Part shown: piece after piece, positions 39,689 through 50,432 of the stretch
How positions within the stretch are numbered: the first letter of the stretch is position 1
How the letters are laid out: each line of letters begins with the position of its first letter
Assembly: GCA_020049335.1 (NCBI GenBank)
Contig: JAIFKX010000075.1
Coordinates: 1-63,924 of the forward strand
From: Paludibacter sp.
GTDB lineage: Bacteria; Bacteroidota; Bacteroidia; Bacteroidales; Paludibacteraceae
Direction of reading: 5' to 3'
DNA length: 63,924 bases
Program-made: the position numbers and the translations under genes
The notes under the pieces: generated by a model
Told to the model about the DNA's origin: nothing
The model's input: only the letters and a program-made list of their open reading frames with translations
Databases searched by the model: none

Positions 39689-42600
39689 ATGGATATGAAA
39701 AAAAATAAAAAGTCATTAATCGGTAGTTTATACTTTAAGAGTTCCTTCAGATTGATAATCGTGTTGCTGACGAGTACTTTTCTGTTTCAAATAAATGCTC
39801 AAACAATTGCTAAAACAGGGACAAAAATATCAGGAATTGTTTTCGACGAAACAAATCTACCGATTATTGGGGCAAATGTGCGGATGGAAAGTACGAAAAC
39901 GGGAACGATTACAGATAATGATGGAAAATTTACGTTAAATGGAACACTAAATTCGGAACTGATAATATCTTACATAGGATATGAAACCAAACGGTTGGAT
40001 ATCAAGAATCAGTCGTTCCTTAGAGTTACGCTACAGCCTTCTTCAAAAGATATTTCTGAAGTAGTAGTAGTTGGTTATGCCTCACAAAAGAAAGCCAGTG
40101 TGGTGGGTGCTATATCACAAATAAAAGGTGCAGACTTGATGAAAGCCGGAGTTCCTTCGGTGGCAAATGCCTTGTCGGGTAAAATTCCGGGGTTGGTAAC
40201 CATTCAGCAATCTGGGCAGCCGGGTTCTAATGATTCCAAAATTTACATTCGTGGTCTTTCAACCATAGGTAGTTCTTCGCAAACGCCCCTAATACTTGTG
40301 GACGGTATCGAACGAAGCATGAGCGATATGGATCCTTCTGATATTGAAACTATTTCAGTACTGAAAGATGCTTCAGCCACTGCCGTTTTTGGCGTAAAAG
40401 GAGCTAATGGGGTGATTATGATTACCACCAAACGCGGTCAGGAAGGTAAAATGGAAATTTCGGCATCCTATGATTATATAGTGAAATCAGCTACAAGTTC
40501 GGGTATACAAGAAAATTCTTATCTCACAAAATCAGCTTTGAACAATCAGTATCGTAACTTAAATCAATTTAATAATGTTGTGAGCGATGAAGTATTAAAT
40601 CATTATCTTACGCAGGATATGCCCTATATTTATCCCGATGTTGATTCGTGGAATTTGAATGTGAAAGATTATACTAGTGATCAACGATTAACAATTTCCG
40701 CAAGAGGGGGTACAAAAAAGGCAAGATACTATATCTCCTTGGGTTATTTGAATGAAACGGATTTGTTAAAATCATACCAGACCCTCTATGATCCTTCGTA
40801 TAGTTACAACAGGTATACCTACCGATTGAATTTTGACTTTGACATTACCAAAACCACCAAACTTTCCATCTCTGGTGGAGGATATTTGGGTATGAGTTCG
40901 CAAGGCGGAGGTAATCAGGCAAATGTTTCCAAATTTTTAAATGATGCTTATGTAATGCCCCCATACATTACCCCTTATTTTTATCCACAATCGTTTATAG
41001 ATCAATATCCCGATCCTAGATATCCCAATACAGGGGAACGTATTTCATATAGCGGCGGTGGATTTTGGCAACGCAACACGCAGGGTACATTGAAACAAGA
41101 GCGAGACATGATTGGAACGGATGTGGTGTTGAAACAAAACCTGGATATGATAACCAAAGGGCTAAATTTTCAAGGCTCATTATCCTACAACAATCAGACT
41201 TCGTGGCAAGGTGGTGGCTATGAAAGCTATAACGGTGAAAGTTATACTTTCGAATTGACTGCCAATGGCGGCTATCAATGGAAAAGGTATGTAGGAACCA
41301 ATCAAGATGATTATTCGCCGGTAGTACCACTAACGCAAGCAGTACTAAGACACTTTGGACAAATACCTAGCATGAATTATGTGTATAGCGGGCAATTTAA
41401 TTATGCGCGTTCTTTTGGAAACCACAATGTGAGTGCACTGGCTTCCATAAAACGTCGTATAAGTCAGTCGGGAGCAAATTTCCAGCATTTTGAAGAAGAT
41501 TGGGTGGGACGTGCTACTTATGATTATTTGGGTAAATATTTGTTTGAAGTAAATGTTGGAGTTTCAGGATCGGAACAGTTTTCACCAGAAAAGAGATTTG
41601 GTACTTTCCCTGCGCTTGCTTTAGGTTGGAATGTGGCGCGTGAGGAATTTTTCAAGAAAGCTATACCTGCTGTTTCAACCATGAAATTCCGTTATTCTTA
41701 TGGTGAATCGGGTAGTGACGGTGGTCTGTCTGGATTCTTATATCTTTCCAGTTTTGCCAATTCCACAGGCTATTCCACTGGTACAAATTTAACCAGCTTG
41801 CCGGTAAGTACATTGGCCGAAAGCAAAGTACCCAATTACGACGCCACGTGGGAACGTGCCAAAAAGCACAATATAGGTTTTGATTTTGGTGCGTTGGAAG
41901 ATAGATTGACGTTGACAGTTGAATTGTTTTCCGAAAATCGTGATCATATTCTTATTCCACGCACTATACCCAGTTGGTTTGGGCAAACGGTACAAAATCA
42001 GAATGTTGGTGCTGTAAAAAAACACGGTTACGAATTTGATTTGGGTTATCGTGATAAAGTAGGTGAATTGAATTATTGGGTAAAGTTAAATTTCAACTAC
42101 AATGAGAATCGAATCTTGAATCAAGATGAACCATTATTGACACCAGATAATATGAAATTAGCAGGAAAACCAATCAGTGCCATTATTTCTCAACCAAATT
42201 ATGGATATTATCAGAATATGGATGAGATGATGAATTATTCACTAAATAATTTAACATTTAATGGAACAACAAATGTAGCCAATACGGGTTTTATTTTGGG
42301 TGCAGACAAGCTCCTGGATTACAACGGCAATGGTTTGGTGGAATGGGACAAAGATGCAGTAGCGAATAAATATTCAACCAACCCTAATGCATCCTTTGGC
42401 TTTTCGGGTGGTTTCGATTACCGAAACTTTGATTTTAGTTTTATGGTGCAGGGAGCATCTTTATATGCCCGTAATTTTTGGAGATACACTGTTCCACTAA
42501 TGGATTTTGGCGGCGGAAGACCTATTCTTTACAAAGACCATAGCGATACCTGGACACCAGATAATCCGAATGCAGCCTATGCAGCTTGGGGAGGATTTAG

Positions 42601-42874
42601 TCACAGTAGCAAAGGAGTAACGGATGGTAGTTATATCAGGTTGAAAAATATTGAAATTGGCTATAACTTAAAAGGTAAAATACTAAAATCAATTGGTTTG
42701 TCGTCGGCAAGATTATCATTAAACGGTGCCAATCTGTTGACCTACGCTCCTGGTTATTTTATAGGAGATCCTGAAAATCAAGCCAATACGGATTCGTATG
42801 GTGTAGTGAGCTATGGTTATTACAGTTACCCTATTCCAAAACTTTATACATTGGCTTTGAAAGTTAACTTCTAA
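39689..42874 (+). CDS. susC: SusC/RagA TonB-dependent transporter
   Basis: CarboxypepD-like NTE (PIIGANV, SYIGY), EVVVVGY, PLILVDG, ISVLKDASATAVFGVKGANGVIMITTKRG, terminal VNF. Confidence 0.95.
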   Translation: MDMKKNKKSLIGSLYFKSSFRLIIVLLTSTFLFQINAQTIAKTGTKISGIVFDETNLPIIGANVRMESTKTGTITDNDGKFTLNGTLNSELIISYIGYETKRLDIKNQSFLRVTLQPSSKDISEVVVVGYASQKKASVVGAISQIKGADLMKAGVPSVANALSGKIPGLVTIQQSGQPGSNDSKIYIRGLSTIGSSSQTPLILVDGIERSMSDMDPSDIETISVLKDASATAVFGVKGANGVIMITTKRGQEGKMEISASYDYIVKSATSSGIQENSYLTKSALNNQYRNLNQFNNVVSDEVLNHYLTQDMPYIYPDVDSWNLNVKDYTSDQRLTISARGGTKKARYYISLGYLNETDLLKSYQTLYDPSYSYNRYTYRLNFDFDITKTTKLSISGGGYLGMSSQGGGNQANVSKFLNDAYVMPPYITPYFYPQSFIDQYPDPRYPNTGERISYSGGGFWQRNTQGTLKQERDMIGTDVVLKQNLDMITKGLNFQGSLSYNNQTSWQGGGYESYNGESYTFELTANGGYQWKRYVGTNQDDYSPVVPLTQAVLRHFGQIPSMNYVYSGQFNYARSFGNHNVSALASIKRRISQSGANFQHFEEDWVGRATYDYLGKYLFEVNVGVSGSEQFSPEKRFGTFPALALGWNVAREEFFKKAIPAVSTMKFRYSYGESGSDGGLSGFLYLSSFANSTGYSTGTNLTSLPVSTLAESKVPNYDATWERAKKHNIGFDFGALEDRLTLTVELFSENRDHILIPRTIPSWFGQTVQNQNVGAVKKHGYEFDLGYRDKVGELNYWVKLNFNYNENRILNQDEPLLTPDNMKLAGKPISAIISQPNYGYYQNMDEMMNYSLNNLTFNGTTNVANTGFILGADKLLDYNGNGLVEWDKDAVANKYSTNPNASFGFSGGFDYRNFDFSFMVQGASLYARNFWRYTVPLMDFGGGRPILYKDHSDTWTPDNPNAAYAAWGGFSHSSKGVTDGSYIRLKNIEIGYNLKGKILKSIGLSSARLSLNGANLLTYAPGYFIGDPENQANTDSYGVVSYGYYSYPIPKLYTLALKVNF

Positions 42875-42895
42875 TTTAATGAAATTATAATACAG

Positions 42896-44734
42896 ATGAA
42901 ACATATATTTTTAAAAATCGTAATTAGCTGTGCTGTGGGTGTTGGAATGAGTGCATGTACTTCCTTTTTGGACCAAGTACCCGATTCTGTAACTTTCAAC
43001 GAAGAACAGGTTTTTACTGATTATACAAAAAGTCAGCAATTTGTGGATCAATTGCTTGTTCCTTTTGCTTATTTGGACGACAATTGGAACAATACAGCAA
43101 CCGTTTCCGGATTTTTTGGCAAACAGTTTTATGGTACTCGTGATAAAATTACTGATAACGGATTGGCCAATACCCAAAGTATGGCAACTTCTGCTGCAAC
43201 TATTATGAGAGCAGGCGACTTTATGACTGCGGAAACTTATGGAGGAGGTACCATGTTTTATGAATGTGCTGATAACCGATTCAACACATTATGGAAAGGT
43301 ATCAGAATTTGTAATTTGTCTATAGCCAATATCGATAAAATTGAAAACGCAACTCCAGAACAAAAGAACAAAATACTGGGTCTGGCTTATTTTATGAGGG
43401 GACATTTTTATTTTATGTTACTACAAGGCTGGGGCGGAATGCCATGGATAGACAAACCGCTGGATCCGTCAAGTAATATGGATTTACCAAGAGATACTTA
43501 CGTAAAAACTGCACAAAATATTGCCAATGATTTTGCTACTTCCGCTAATTATTTGCCCGATGTGGTGGATGACAAAGACTGGGGAAGACCTTCCCGCATG
43601 GCGGCTTTGGCCTACAAAGGGAAAGCATTGTTGTGGGCTGCCAGTCCGTATGCCAACCCTGCCAATGACAAAAAACTGTGGGAGGATGCAGCTTTAGCAC
43701 TTGGTGATGCACTTACAGCAGCACAATTTTCGGGATATTATCGGTTGGTATCTGCCGAGAACTTTAAAAAACTATTTGTTGACATCACCGATGGGGAACC
43801 TTTTCATGAAGTATTGTTTGGTCGTTTATTTGCCAATAAAACCTTGGTGGCATCTCCCTTTTATGCCGGCATTTTGTCAACTGCATTTAAACTAACAAAC
43901 TCTAGTGGCGGAGAATCACCTTCCGAAAATCTGGCCCAATGTTACGGTTGGTCCAATGGAGAACCAATTGACCCCACATCGGCAGAATACCTTTCGTCCC
44001 CTTTTACTGGCAATGGTGTAAATCATACAGGAAGAGATCCCCGGTTTTATCAAACAATGTTGTATAATGGAGCTGATAATTCATTTGTGAAGAAATACAA
44101 TCGTAAAGTCGAAATTTGGAATAAAGCGTATGACAACAAACCAGCAGAAGAATTAAAACTGACAACGCAAAAATTGCCTCAGTCAGGATACACAATGACT
44201 GGTTATTATGTGTGGAAACTGTATGGCGAAAAATTTACCAGTACTACAAGTATTGTTACTACCATGTCAAATTTTATCCGCTTGGCTGATGTGTATTTGT
44301 ATTATGCCGAAGCCGCCAACCGTGCCTGGGGTGCAACAAGTTCTCCTTCTGGTATAACTGCTGTACAGGCAATTAACGAAGTAAGAAGACGTGTGGGAAT
44401 GCCCGATTATGACCCCGCTAGTTCACAACCATGGTTAGTGCCCGGCGATGAAGCTTCCTTTGAACAAAAAATCAGAAATGAGATAAGGATAGAAACAGCT
44501 TATGAAGACAAGCGTTTCTACGATTTACGCCGTTGGAGAATGATGACTGATCCTACGGTACAGCAAACGCAAGCTATGTATATTGAAAAAACCGCTGCCA
44601 ATACATTCAAATACAGTATAGTGAACCTTGATCCTATATATAATTTGCAGTGGCAAGAAAAGCATTATCTGTTCCCTTTTGCTGTTGCAAACGTAAACAT
44701 AGGTCCTAATTTCAAGCAAAATCCGGGGTGGTAA
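42896..44734 (+). CDS. susD: SusD/RagB lipoprotein
   Basis: Lipobox MSAC, RDPRF, RLADVYLYYAEA, RFYDLRRW, QNPGW. Confidence 0.93.
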   Translation: MKHIFLKIVISCAVGVGMSACTSFLDQVPDSVTFNEEQVFTDYTKSQQFVDQLLVPFAYLDDNWNNTATVSGFFGKQFYGTRDKITDNGLANTQSMATSAATIMRAGDFMTAETYGGGTMFYECADNRFNTLWKGIRICNLSIANIDKIENATPEQKNKILGLAYFMRGHFYFMLLQGWGGMPWIDKPLDPSSNMDLPRDTYVKTAQNIANDFATSANYLPDVVDDKDWGRPSRMAALAYKGKALLWAASPYANPANDKKLWEDAALALGDALTAAQFSGYYRLVSAENFKKLFVDITDGEPFHEVLFGRLFANKTLVASPFYAGILSTAFKLTNSSGGESPSENLAQCYGWSNGEPIDPTSAEYLSSPFTGNGVNHTGRDPRFYQTMLYNGADNSFVKKYNRKVEIWNKAYDNKPAEELKLTTQKLPQSGYTMTGYYVWKLYGEKFTSTTSIVTTMSNFIRLADVYLYYAEAANRAWGATSSPSGITAVQAINEVRRRVGMPDYDPASSQPWLVPGDEASFEQKIRNEIRIETAYEDKRFYDLRRWRMMTDPTVQQTQAMYIEKTAANTFKYSIVNLDPIYNLQWQEKHYLFPFAVANVNIGPNFKQNPGW

Positions 44735-44818
44735 AAGACCAATTAATAATTAAGAATTAAGAATTAATACCATGATTAATTGCGAGTTTTATTATACAAC
44801 TAAAAAATATTTTTCAGT

Positions 44819-47590
44819 ATGAGATATTATATAAAAAACATAACTCTAACATGTCTTCTCATTTCTTGTACGACGGTTTTGCAGGCTCAAATGGCTGTAA
44901 AGGCTGATTCAACTAAGAATGTAACGGCTGAAAAGGTAAATGTATTATTTGGAACGCAGGATTACAACCGATTTGTGGGTAATATGAGCGTTGTAAAAGG
45001 GGAAAATCTCACTTCAACACCTGCCCTTATGGTGAATGAAGCATTGAAAGGGAAAATTCCAAGTTTTTTCAATATGCAGAATAATGGCAACATTGGTACG
45101 GCAAATTATTTTGCATACATACGTGGTAGTTTAAGTGGCTATCTGGTATTGATAGATGATGTAGAAAGGTCGTTAGAAAGCTATGATATTGAACAGATTG
45201 ATGAAATTAGGGTGCTAAAAGATCCAGTGTCCAAAGCATTATACGGTGGAAGGTTGAGCAATGGAATAGTCCTGATAAAGACCAAACGTGGCAATAATGG
45301 CAAACCTCAGTTTAAACTGAACGTACAAAAAGGAATCAAAACGCCTACCGTGTTGCCCGACTACCTTAATTCGTATGACTATGCCACTTATTACAATCAG
45401 GCATTGATGAACGACAATAAAGGAGTTATTCCAACAGGATTGGGTTATTCTACCGATGCTTTGGATGCCTTTAAAAATCATACCAAATCACTGCAATATC
45501 CCGATGTGGATTATTATGGACAGTTTTTGAATAAATCGATGAATGTGAATCGTGTTAGTGCCGAATATTTTGGTGGGGACGATAGAACTAAATACTATAC
45601 CCATGCTTCTTATCAGGATGAAGGTGGGTTTGAAGCGCATGGTACACATGCTACAAGTATTAAGAAAATGAATATTCAGGGAAATGTTATTTCTAAATTC
45701 TCGAAGGATATTTTATTAAAAGCAAACTTTTCAGCTTATTTAGGCAACAAACAATATCCTTCAGGATTCAGTATGAGTACTTTGTCATCGAGGTATCCAA
45801 ACGCGTATCCTATTTTTGTTAGGGGTGATTCTTTGGGTGGCTCAAGCACTTATCTCGACAATCCGATGGGAGGAATGACGAAAAGTGGTTATTTGACAGA
45901 GGATAGAATTAGGTTACAATCGGATTTGGGTTTTGAATTCAAACTGGACAAGTTACTGAAAGGTTTGTCGTTGAAACCGAATTTATCGTTTGATTTGAAT
46001 CACTTGCAAGCCCTTGCCAAAAAAAATACGGTGGGCATTTACAACATCACTTCTTTCGACGCATTGGGTAATCCATTGACTTATAGTACTTTGCAATCAG
46101 AAAAACTTGCCACCTCACAAGCGCTTGATACCGATGGGTACGACAAACGCTTTGGTTTTACAAATACCTTGAACTACGAACGTAAATTTGGCGAACATCA
46201 AATAAATGCCGACTTGTTTTATTACCTGGGTTATCAGTACGACGATTTGAGTATCTATTCATACAAACGTCAAAACACAGGACTTCGCGTAAATTATACG
46301 CTTGCCGATAAATATACATTGGAAGGGGTGATGAATAATACTTCGTCGATTTTTTACACACCCGACAAAAAGTCCAAATGGTTTCCTGCTGCTGGTTTTG
46401 GTTGGTTAATATCAAAAGAGAACTTCTTGAAAGACAGCAAAGTAGTTGACTTTCTTAAATTCAATGCATCGTGGGGAATTAGTGGCGAAGGTGAAATTAC
46501 ACAGAACTTATGGCGCGAAACGTGGACGCAGTCTGGCTCCTATAAATTTAATTCCACCAGCACGAGCAACCTGGCTTATTTGTCCAGGGTGAACAGCGAT
46601 GTGTTGGATTGGCCAAAACAAAGGGAAATTGATTTGAGTTTGGAAGCTACTCTTTTTAAAGGATTGCACCTGAAAGCCAGCTATTTTGATTATTTGAATT
46701 ATGACCAGTTGAGCCAAAGGTCATCGTTAACGCCTGGTATCTATGGAGGTACTGCCCTTTTACCTTACAGTAATTATGGTTCTACAGCTTTGAAAGGAAC
46801 TGAATTTGAAATATCCTACAGCGGAAAAGTACAGGATTTTTCCTATCAACTAAGTGCGCATCTAACGCACAGCAAGAGTGAATATATTACCGTTGACGAA
46901 ACCGACCTTAAATACTCATCGGTGGGTTTGGCGCGGGATGATATTCGTGGTTATCAAGTGATTGGAAAATATACGCAAGCGGATATTAATCAGGTAATTG
47001 CAGGAACAATGCCACAGCCTACGGTTGTAAATCCTACCGATTTGAAAGTGGGTAATTTGATGTACAAAGATGTGAATGGTGATAACAAGATAGATAAATA
47101 TGACCATACGGTAATTGGAAATTCCTCTCCACGAACCATGTACGGTGGTGATATACGATTGAACTACAAGGGTTTTGAATTATATACCATGCTGCTGGGC
47201 TATGGCGATTTTAATCGGTCTATCAAAAATAGCTTCTATGCCAATTATTCCTCATCAAAATACTCTTCGGCAGTGATAGATGGTTTACCCAATGGAAACG
47301 CACATCCATTATTGACCACAACAAGTGGAACGAATGATTTTGGTCAAAGTTCTGATTATTGGATAGTGGATGGTGGCTTCTTGAAGGTGCAAAATGTAAC
47401 CTTGTCCTATTCTTTGCCTACCAAATTTGTAAATTCATTGAAGTTGACGGGATTGAAACTTAGCTTGTATGGAACGGATTTGATGACTTTCTCAAAAATA
47501 AAAAAATCAGATCCTGAAAGTATTGACGCTGGCATTGGTTCATATCCTTTGTTCAGTACGTATGCTATTGGCCTATCATTATCATTTTAA
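44819..47590 (+). CDS. susC: Second SusC-like TonB-dependent transporter lacking the N-terminal extension
   Basis: VLKDPVSKALYGGRLSNGIVLIKTKRG plug motif, YKDVNGDNKID, terminal LSF; 923 aa. Confidence 0.9.
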   Translation: MRYYIKNITLTCLLISCTTVLQAQMAVKADSTKNVTAEKVNVLFGTQDYNRFVGNMSVVKGENLTSTPALMVNEALKGKIPSFFNMQNNGNIGTANYFAYIRGSLSGYLVLIDDVERSLESYDIEQIDEIRVLKDPVSKALYGGRLSNGIVLIKTKRGNNGKPQFKLNVQKGIKTPTVLPDYLNSYDYATYYNQALMNDNKGVIPTGLGYSTDALDAFKNHTKSLQYPDVDYYGQFLNKSMNVNRVSAEYFGGDDRTKYYTHASYQDEGGFEAHGTHATSIKKMNIQGNVISKFSKDILLKANFSAYLGNKQYPSGFSMSTLSSRYPNAYPIFVRGDSLGGSSTYLDNPMGGMTKSGYLTEDRIRLQSDLGFEFKLDKLLKGLSLKPNLSFDLNHLQALAKKNTVGIYNITSFDALGNPLTYSTLQSEKLATSQALDTDGYDKRFGFTNTLNYERKFGEHQINADLFYYLGYQYDDLSIYSYKRQNTGLRVNYTLADKYTLEGVMNNTSSIFYTPDKKSKWFPAAGFGWLISKENFLKDSKVVDFLKFNASWGISGEGEITQNLWRETWTQSGSYKFNSTSTSNLAYLSRVNSDVLDWPKQREIDLSLEATLFKGLHLKASYFDYLNYDQLSQRSSLTPGIYGGTALLPYSNYGSTALKGTEFEISYSGKVQDFSYQLSAHLTHSKSEYITVDETDLKYSSVGLARDDIRGYQVIGKYTQADINQVIAGTMPQPTVVNPTDLKVGNLMYKDVNGDNKIDKYDHTVIGNSSPRTMYGGDIRLNYKGFELYTMLLGYGDFNRSIKNSFYANYSSSKYSSAVIDGLPNGNAHPLLTTTSGTNDFGQSSDYWIVDGGFLKVQNVTLSYSLPTKFVNSLKLTGLKLSLYGTDLMTFSKIKKSDPESIDAGIGSYPLFSTYAIGLSLSF

Positions 47591-47607
47591 AAATTAGAAA
47601 ATTAAAT

Positions 47608-49323
47608 ATGAAGACACTAAAATATTTTATAGTTGCACTATTGGCTGTGAGCATGAGCGCATGTACTGATTTTATGCAGCCCGAAAAAGATGGAGCATTG
47701 ACCCAGGAATATGTGCTGAATTCCCGTAGCCATTTTATCGGTACATTATATCAAGCTTATTTAGGTTTGCCAACCAGGGTGAATTTTAATTACGAAGCCG
47801 CAACTGATAATGCAGTAACAAATACCGACAACACAGCATCGTCAAATGGTGCCCGAAATTTGTCAGCCCTGAGCAATCCTTTTGGGGATGTGTGGGAATC
47901 GAATTATAAGTATATCAATATTGTAAATGGGTTTCTTTCTCACATGGTACTGGACAAAACCAAACCAATAAGTACACCTGTTAAATTTGACAACGACAGC
48001 ACCATCAATATTCAAACCTACAAATTTCTACTTGGTGAAGCTTATTTTTTGAGGGCTTGGTATGAGTTCGATTTGTTGAAAAAATATGGCGGAGTGGCAA
48101 GCGATGGCAAAGCCTATGGATTTATTATTGTCGATAAAGTGTTGAATATATCGGACAATCTTGATGTACCCCGAAACAGCTATTACGATTGTGCGCAGCA
48201 AATTTCCAACGATTGCGATAGTGCCCGAAAATACTTGCCCTTGGTTTTTTCAGCGGCAAGTGGCGCAAAAGCAGATGGTCTGGCTACCGATAATGGTCAT
48301 GCATCAGGCATAGCTGCTTTGGCTCTAAAAGCCAGAACTTGGCTGTATGCTGCAAGTCCGGCGTACAATACAACAGGAACAAATCTGTGGCCTAAAGCCG
48401 CGCAAACAGCCGCAGATGCTATTTTGGCTAGCGGTGGAGCCATTGATTTGCTGTCGTTCGACGATTATCACAATAGAGCCAACATGAATGATGCGATTTA
48501 TAATAATGCTGATTGCTTTTTTAGAAGTACAATTAATTCTGGAACTTCTTACGAATCGCAGAATTATCCGCCACGTGCGTTTTCGGGCGATGGGCTTGTG
48601 AATCCAACTCAAAACTTGGTGGATGCCTTCCCCATGAGCGATGGCTATCCGCTTGGAACTTCCCCTACAGCGTCAATTAAAGTAGACCCAACCAATGTGG
48701 CAACCAACCGGGATCCACGACTAGACAAGATTATTGCCAGAAATGGAGAAACTTTTGCCAACGTGCTTTTGGAAACAAAATCGGGTGGAAAAGATGCTTA
48801 TGGGTCAAGTTTACTTGCCACACGCACGGGTTATTATCTTCAAAAATTACTGGATCAGGCAGTTTCGCTTGAACCTTTGAAAGTGGTAAATAAATCATTC
48901 AGCAATATATTGCTGGGAAAACCGGAATTATACCTTAATTTTGCAGAGGCGGTAATCAATGCCACTGGAAATCCAGATGATAATACTTACGGCATTACTG
49001 CCAGAGCAATATTGGCCAAAGTTAGAAACAAAGGGTTAGGGAGTGGAAATGATAAATACCTGAGCACTGTAACCGGAAAAGATGCTTTTCTAGGTTTAGT
49101 GAAAAACGAAAGACGACTTGAATTGTGCTTTGAAGATTATCGCTTCTGGGATGTTAGACGTTGGTGTACAAGTGCTACAGATTTGACTGTTTTGAATGCT
49201 CCAGTCTATGGTATTTATTCTAGTAATGCGGTGGAAAGCAGAAATTACAAATCGCCCTATATGCCACTTCCGAACAGCGAATTATTAAAAACAAATAATC
49301 TTCAGAACAACATTGGTTGGTAA
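47608..49323 (+). CDS. susD: Second SusD/RagB lipoprotein
   Basis: Lipobox MSAC, GEAYFLRAW, NPTQNLVDAF, RDPRL, ERRLELCFEDYRFWDVRRW. Confidence 0.92.
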   Translation: MKTLKYFIVALLAVSMSACTDFMQPEKDGALTQEYVLNSRSHFIGTLYQAYLGLPTRVNFNYEAATDNAVTNTDNTASSNGARNLSALSNPFGDVWESNYKYINIVNGFLSHMVLDKTKPISTPVKFDNDSTINIQTYKFLLGEAYFLRAWYEFDLLKKYGGVASDGKAYGFIIVDKVLNISDNLDVPRNSYYDCAQQISNDCDSARKYLPLVFSAASGAKADGLATDNGHASGIAALALKARTWLYAASPAYNTTGTNLWPKAAQTAADAILASGGAIDLLSFDDYHNRANMNDAIYNNADCFFRSTINSGTSYESQNYPPRAFSGDGLVNPTQNLVDAFPMSDGYPLGTSPTASIKVDPTNVATNRDPRLDKIIARNGETFANVLLETKSGGKDAYGSSLLATRTGYYLQKLLDQAVSLEPLKVVNKSFSNILLGKPELYLNFAEAVINATGNPDDNTYGITARAILAKVRNKGLGSGNDKYLSTVTGKDAFLGLVKNERRLELCFEDYRFWDVRRWCTSATDLTVLNAPVYGIYSSNAVESRNYKSPYMPLPNSELLKTNNLQNNIGW

Positions 49324-49348
49324 TTGATTATATTTCAACAAGATAAAT

Positions 49349-50278
49349 ATGAAAAACAATATATTAGTGCTTTTAGCACTTGGAATTTTACTTTCGGGAT
49401 GTAAATACTCAGACGAATATCTCAATCCCCATTTGGACAAATCGAAAGCATACTTTGCTTCGCCTGTAATGTACACCCGAACTGTAATTGTGGGTGAACC
49501 GTTGACCTTTAAAATTGGAGCTGCGGTGGCTTACGATGCAACACACGCCGCTGAATACACTATTGATTATCGCATCAGTACGTTTCCCATTGAAGCTTCT
49601 ACCGGACGAGTGGCGTTGCCCTTGGATTATTTTAATTACGGCAGCATGACTCCCACAGTTAAAACTACCTTGGCTTCTGGTCAGTTATTGGGTTTATTCC
49701 CTGTTGTGCTTGATTCTGCAAAATTTTTGAGTGACCCTTTGTCCTTAACCGGAAAATATGCAATTCCTGTCATCATTGCATCCACTTCTTGCGACACCAT
49801 CGATCAGGCATTGGATTCTGTAATGGTTTTGGTGAAGTATATGGCGGGTGTGGATGGTTATTATTTGTATAATTCCACTATCAAAAAGGAAATTGGTGGT
49901 GCTATAATTGATTCAAAAACAGTAACTGACAACTATCCAAACGAATCGGATGCTTATTGCTGGAGGCTCACTACCAAAGGTCCTTATACGGTAGAGGCGG
50001 TTTCACCAACGGCAGCATTTACTGTTGGTTCAAGATTTAATCTTACGGTGATGGGCTCAACGCTGACTTATGTGAGCGGAACTGGTCAAATGGTTGTAAC
50101 AGCAGAATCTACAAATAGTTACAATCCAAAAACACGGGACTTCACTATTAATTACAGCTACAAAAAAGCAGTACTGAACGATACTATTTATCATGTGTCG
50201 GCCAATTGGATTTTTAGAAACAGAATGGTGGATGGCATCAACCAAACGCGGGCGTATTTGAGTGCATTAAATAAATAG
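49349..50278 (+). CDS. DUF1735-type surface lipoprotein (SusE-positioned)
   Basis: Lipobox LLSGC; LP.DY...KFLSDPLS..KYAIPV.I pattern; directly after susD. Confidence 0.72.
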   Translation: MKNNILVLLALGILLSGCKYSDEYLNPHLDKSKAYFASPVMYTRTVIVGEPLTFKIGAAVAYDATHAAEYTIDYRISTFPIEASTGRVALPLDYFNYGSMTPTVKTTLASGQLLGLFPVVLDSAKFLSDPLSLTGKYAIPVIIASTSCDTIDQALDSVMVLVKYMAGVDGYYLYNSTIKKEIGGAIIDSKTVTDNYPNESDAYCWRLTTKGPYTVEAVSPTAAFTVGSRFNLTVMGSTLTYVSGTGQMVVTAESTNSYNPKTRDFTINYSYKKAVLNDTIYHVSANWIFRNRMVDGINQTRAYLSALNK

Positions 50279-50325
50279 GCTGTTGCAACTGTAAAAAGCT
50301 AACCTGTAAAAAGTCATGATTTTCT

Positions 50326-50361
50326 CCTCTCAATCAATTTGTTAACAAATTGATTGAGAGG
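50326..50361. terminator. 36-bp perfect palindrome after the susCD block (terminator or mRNA-stabilising hairpin)
   Basis: CCTCTCAATCAATTTGTTAACAAATTGATTGAGAGG. Confidence 0.6.
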
Positions 50362-50432
50362 GATTAGTATAGAAGTGCATCATTAATCGTCGCCAAAATC
50401 TATCAATCGACAAAAGCAATATAAATTTATTT

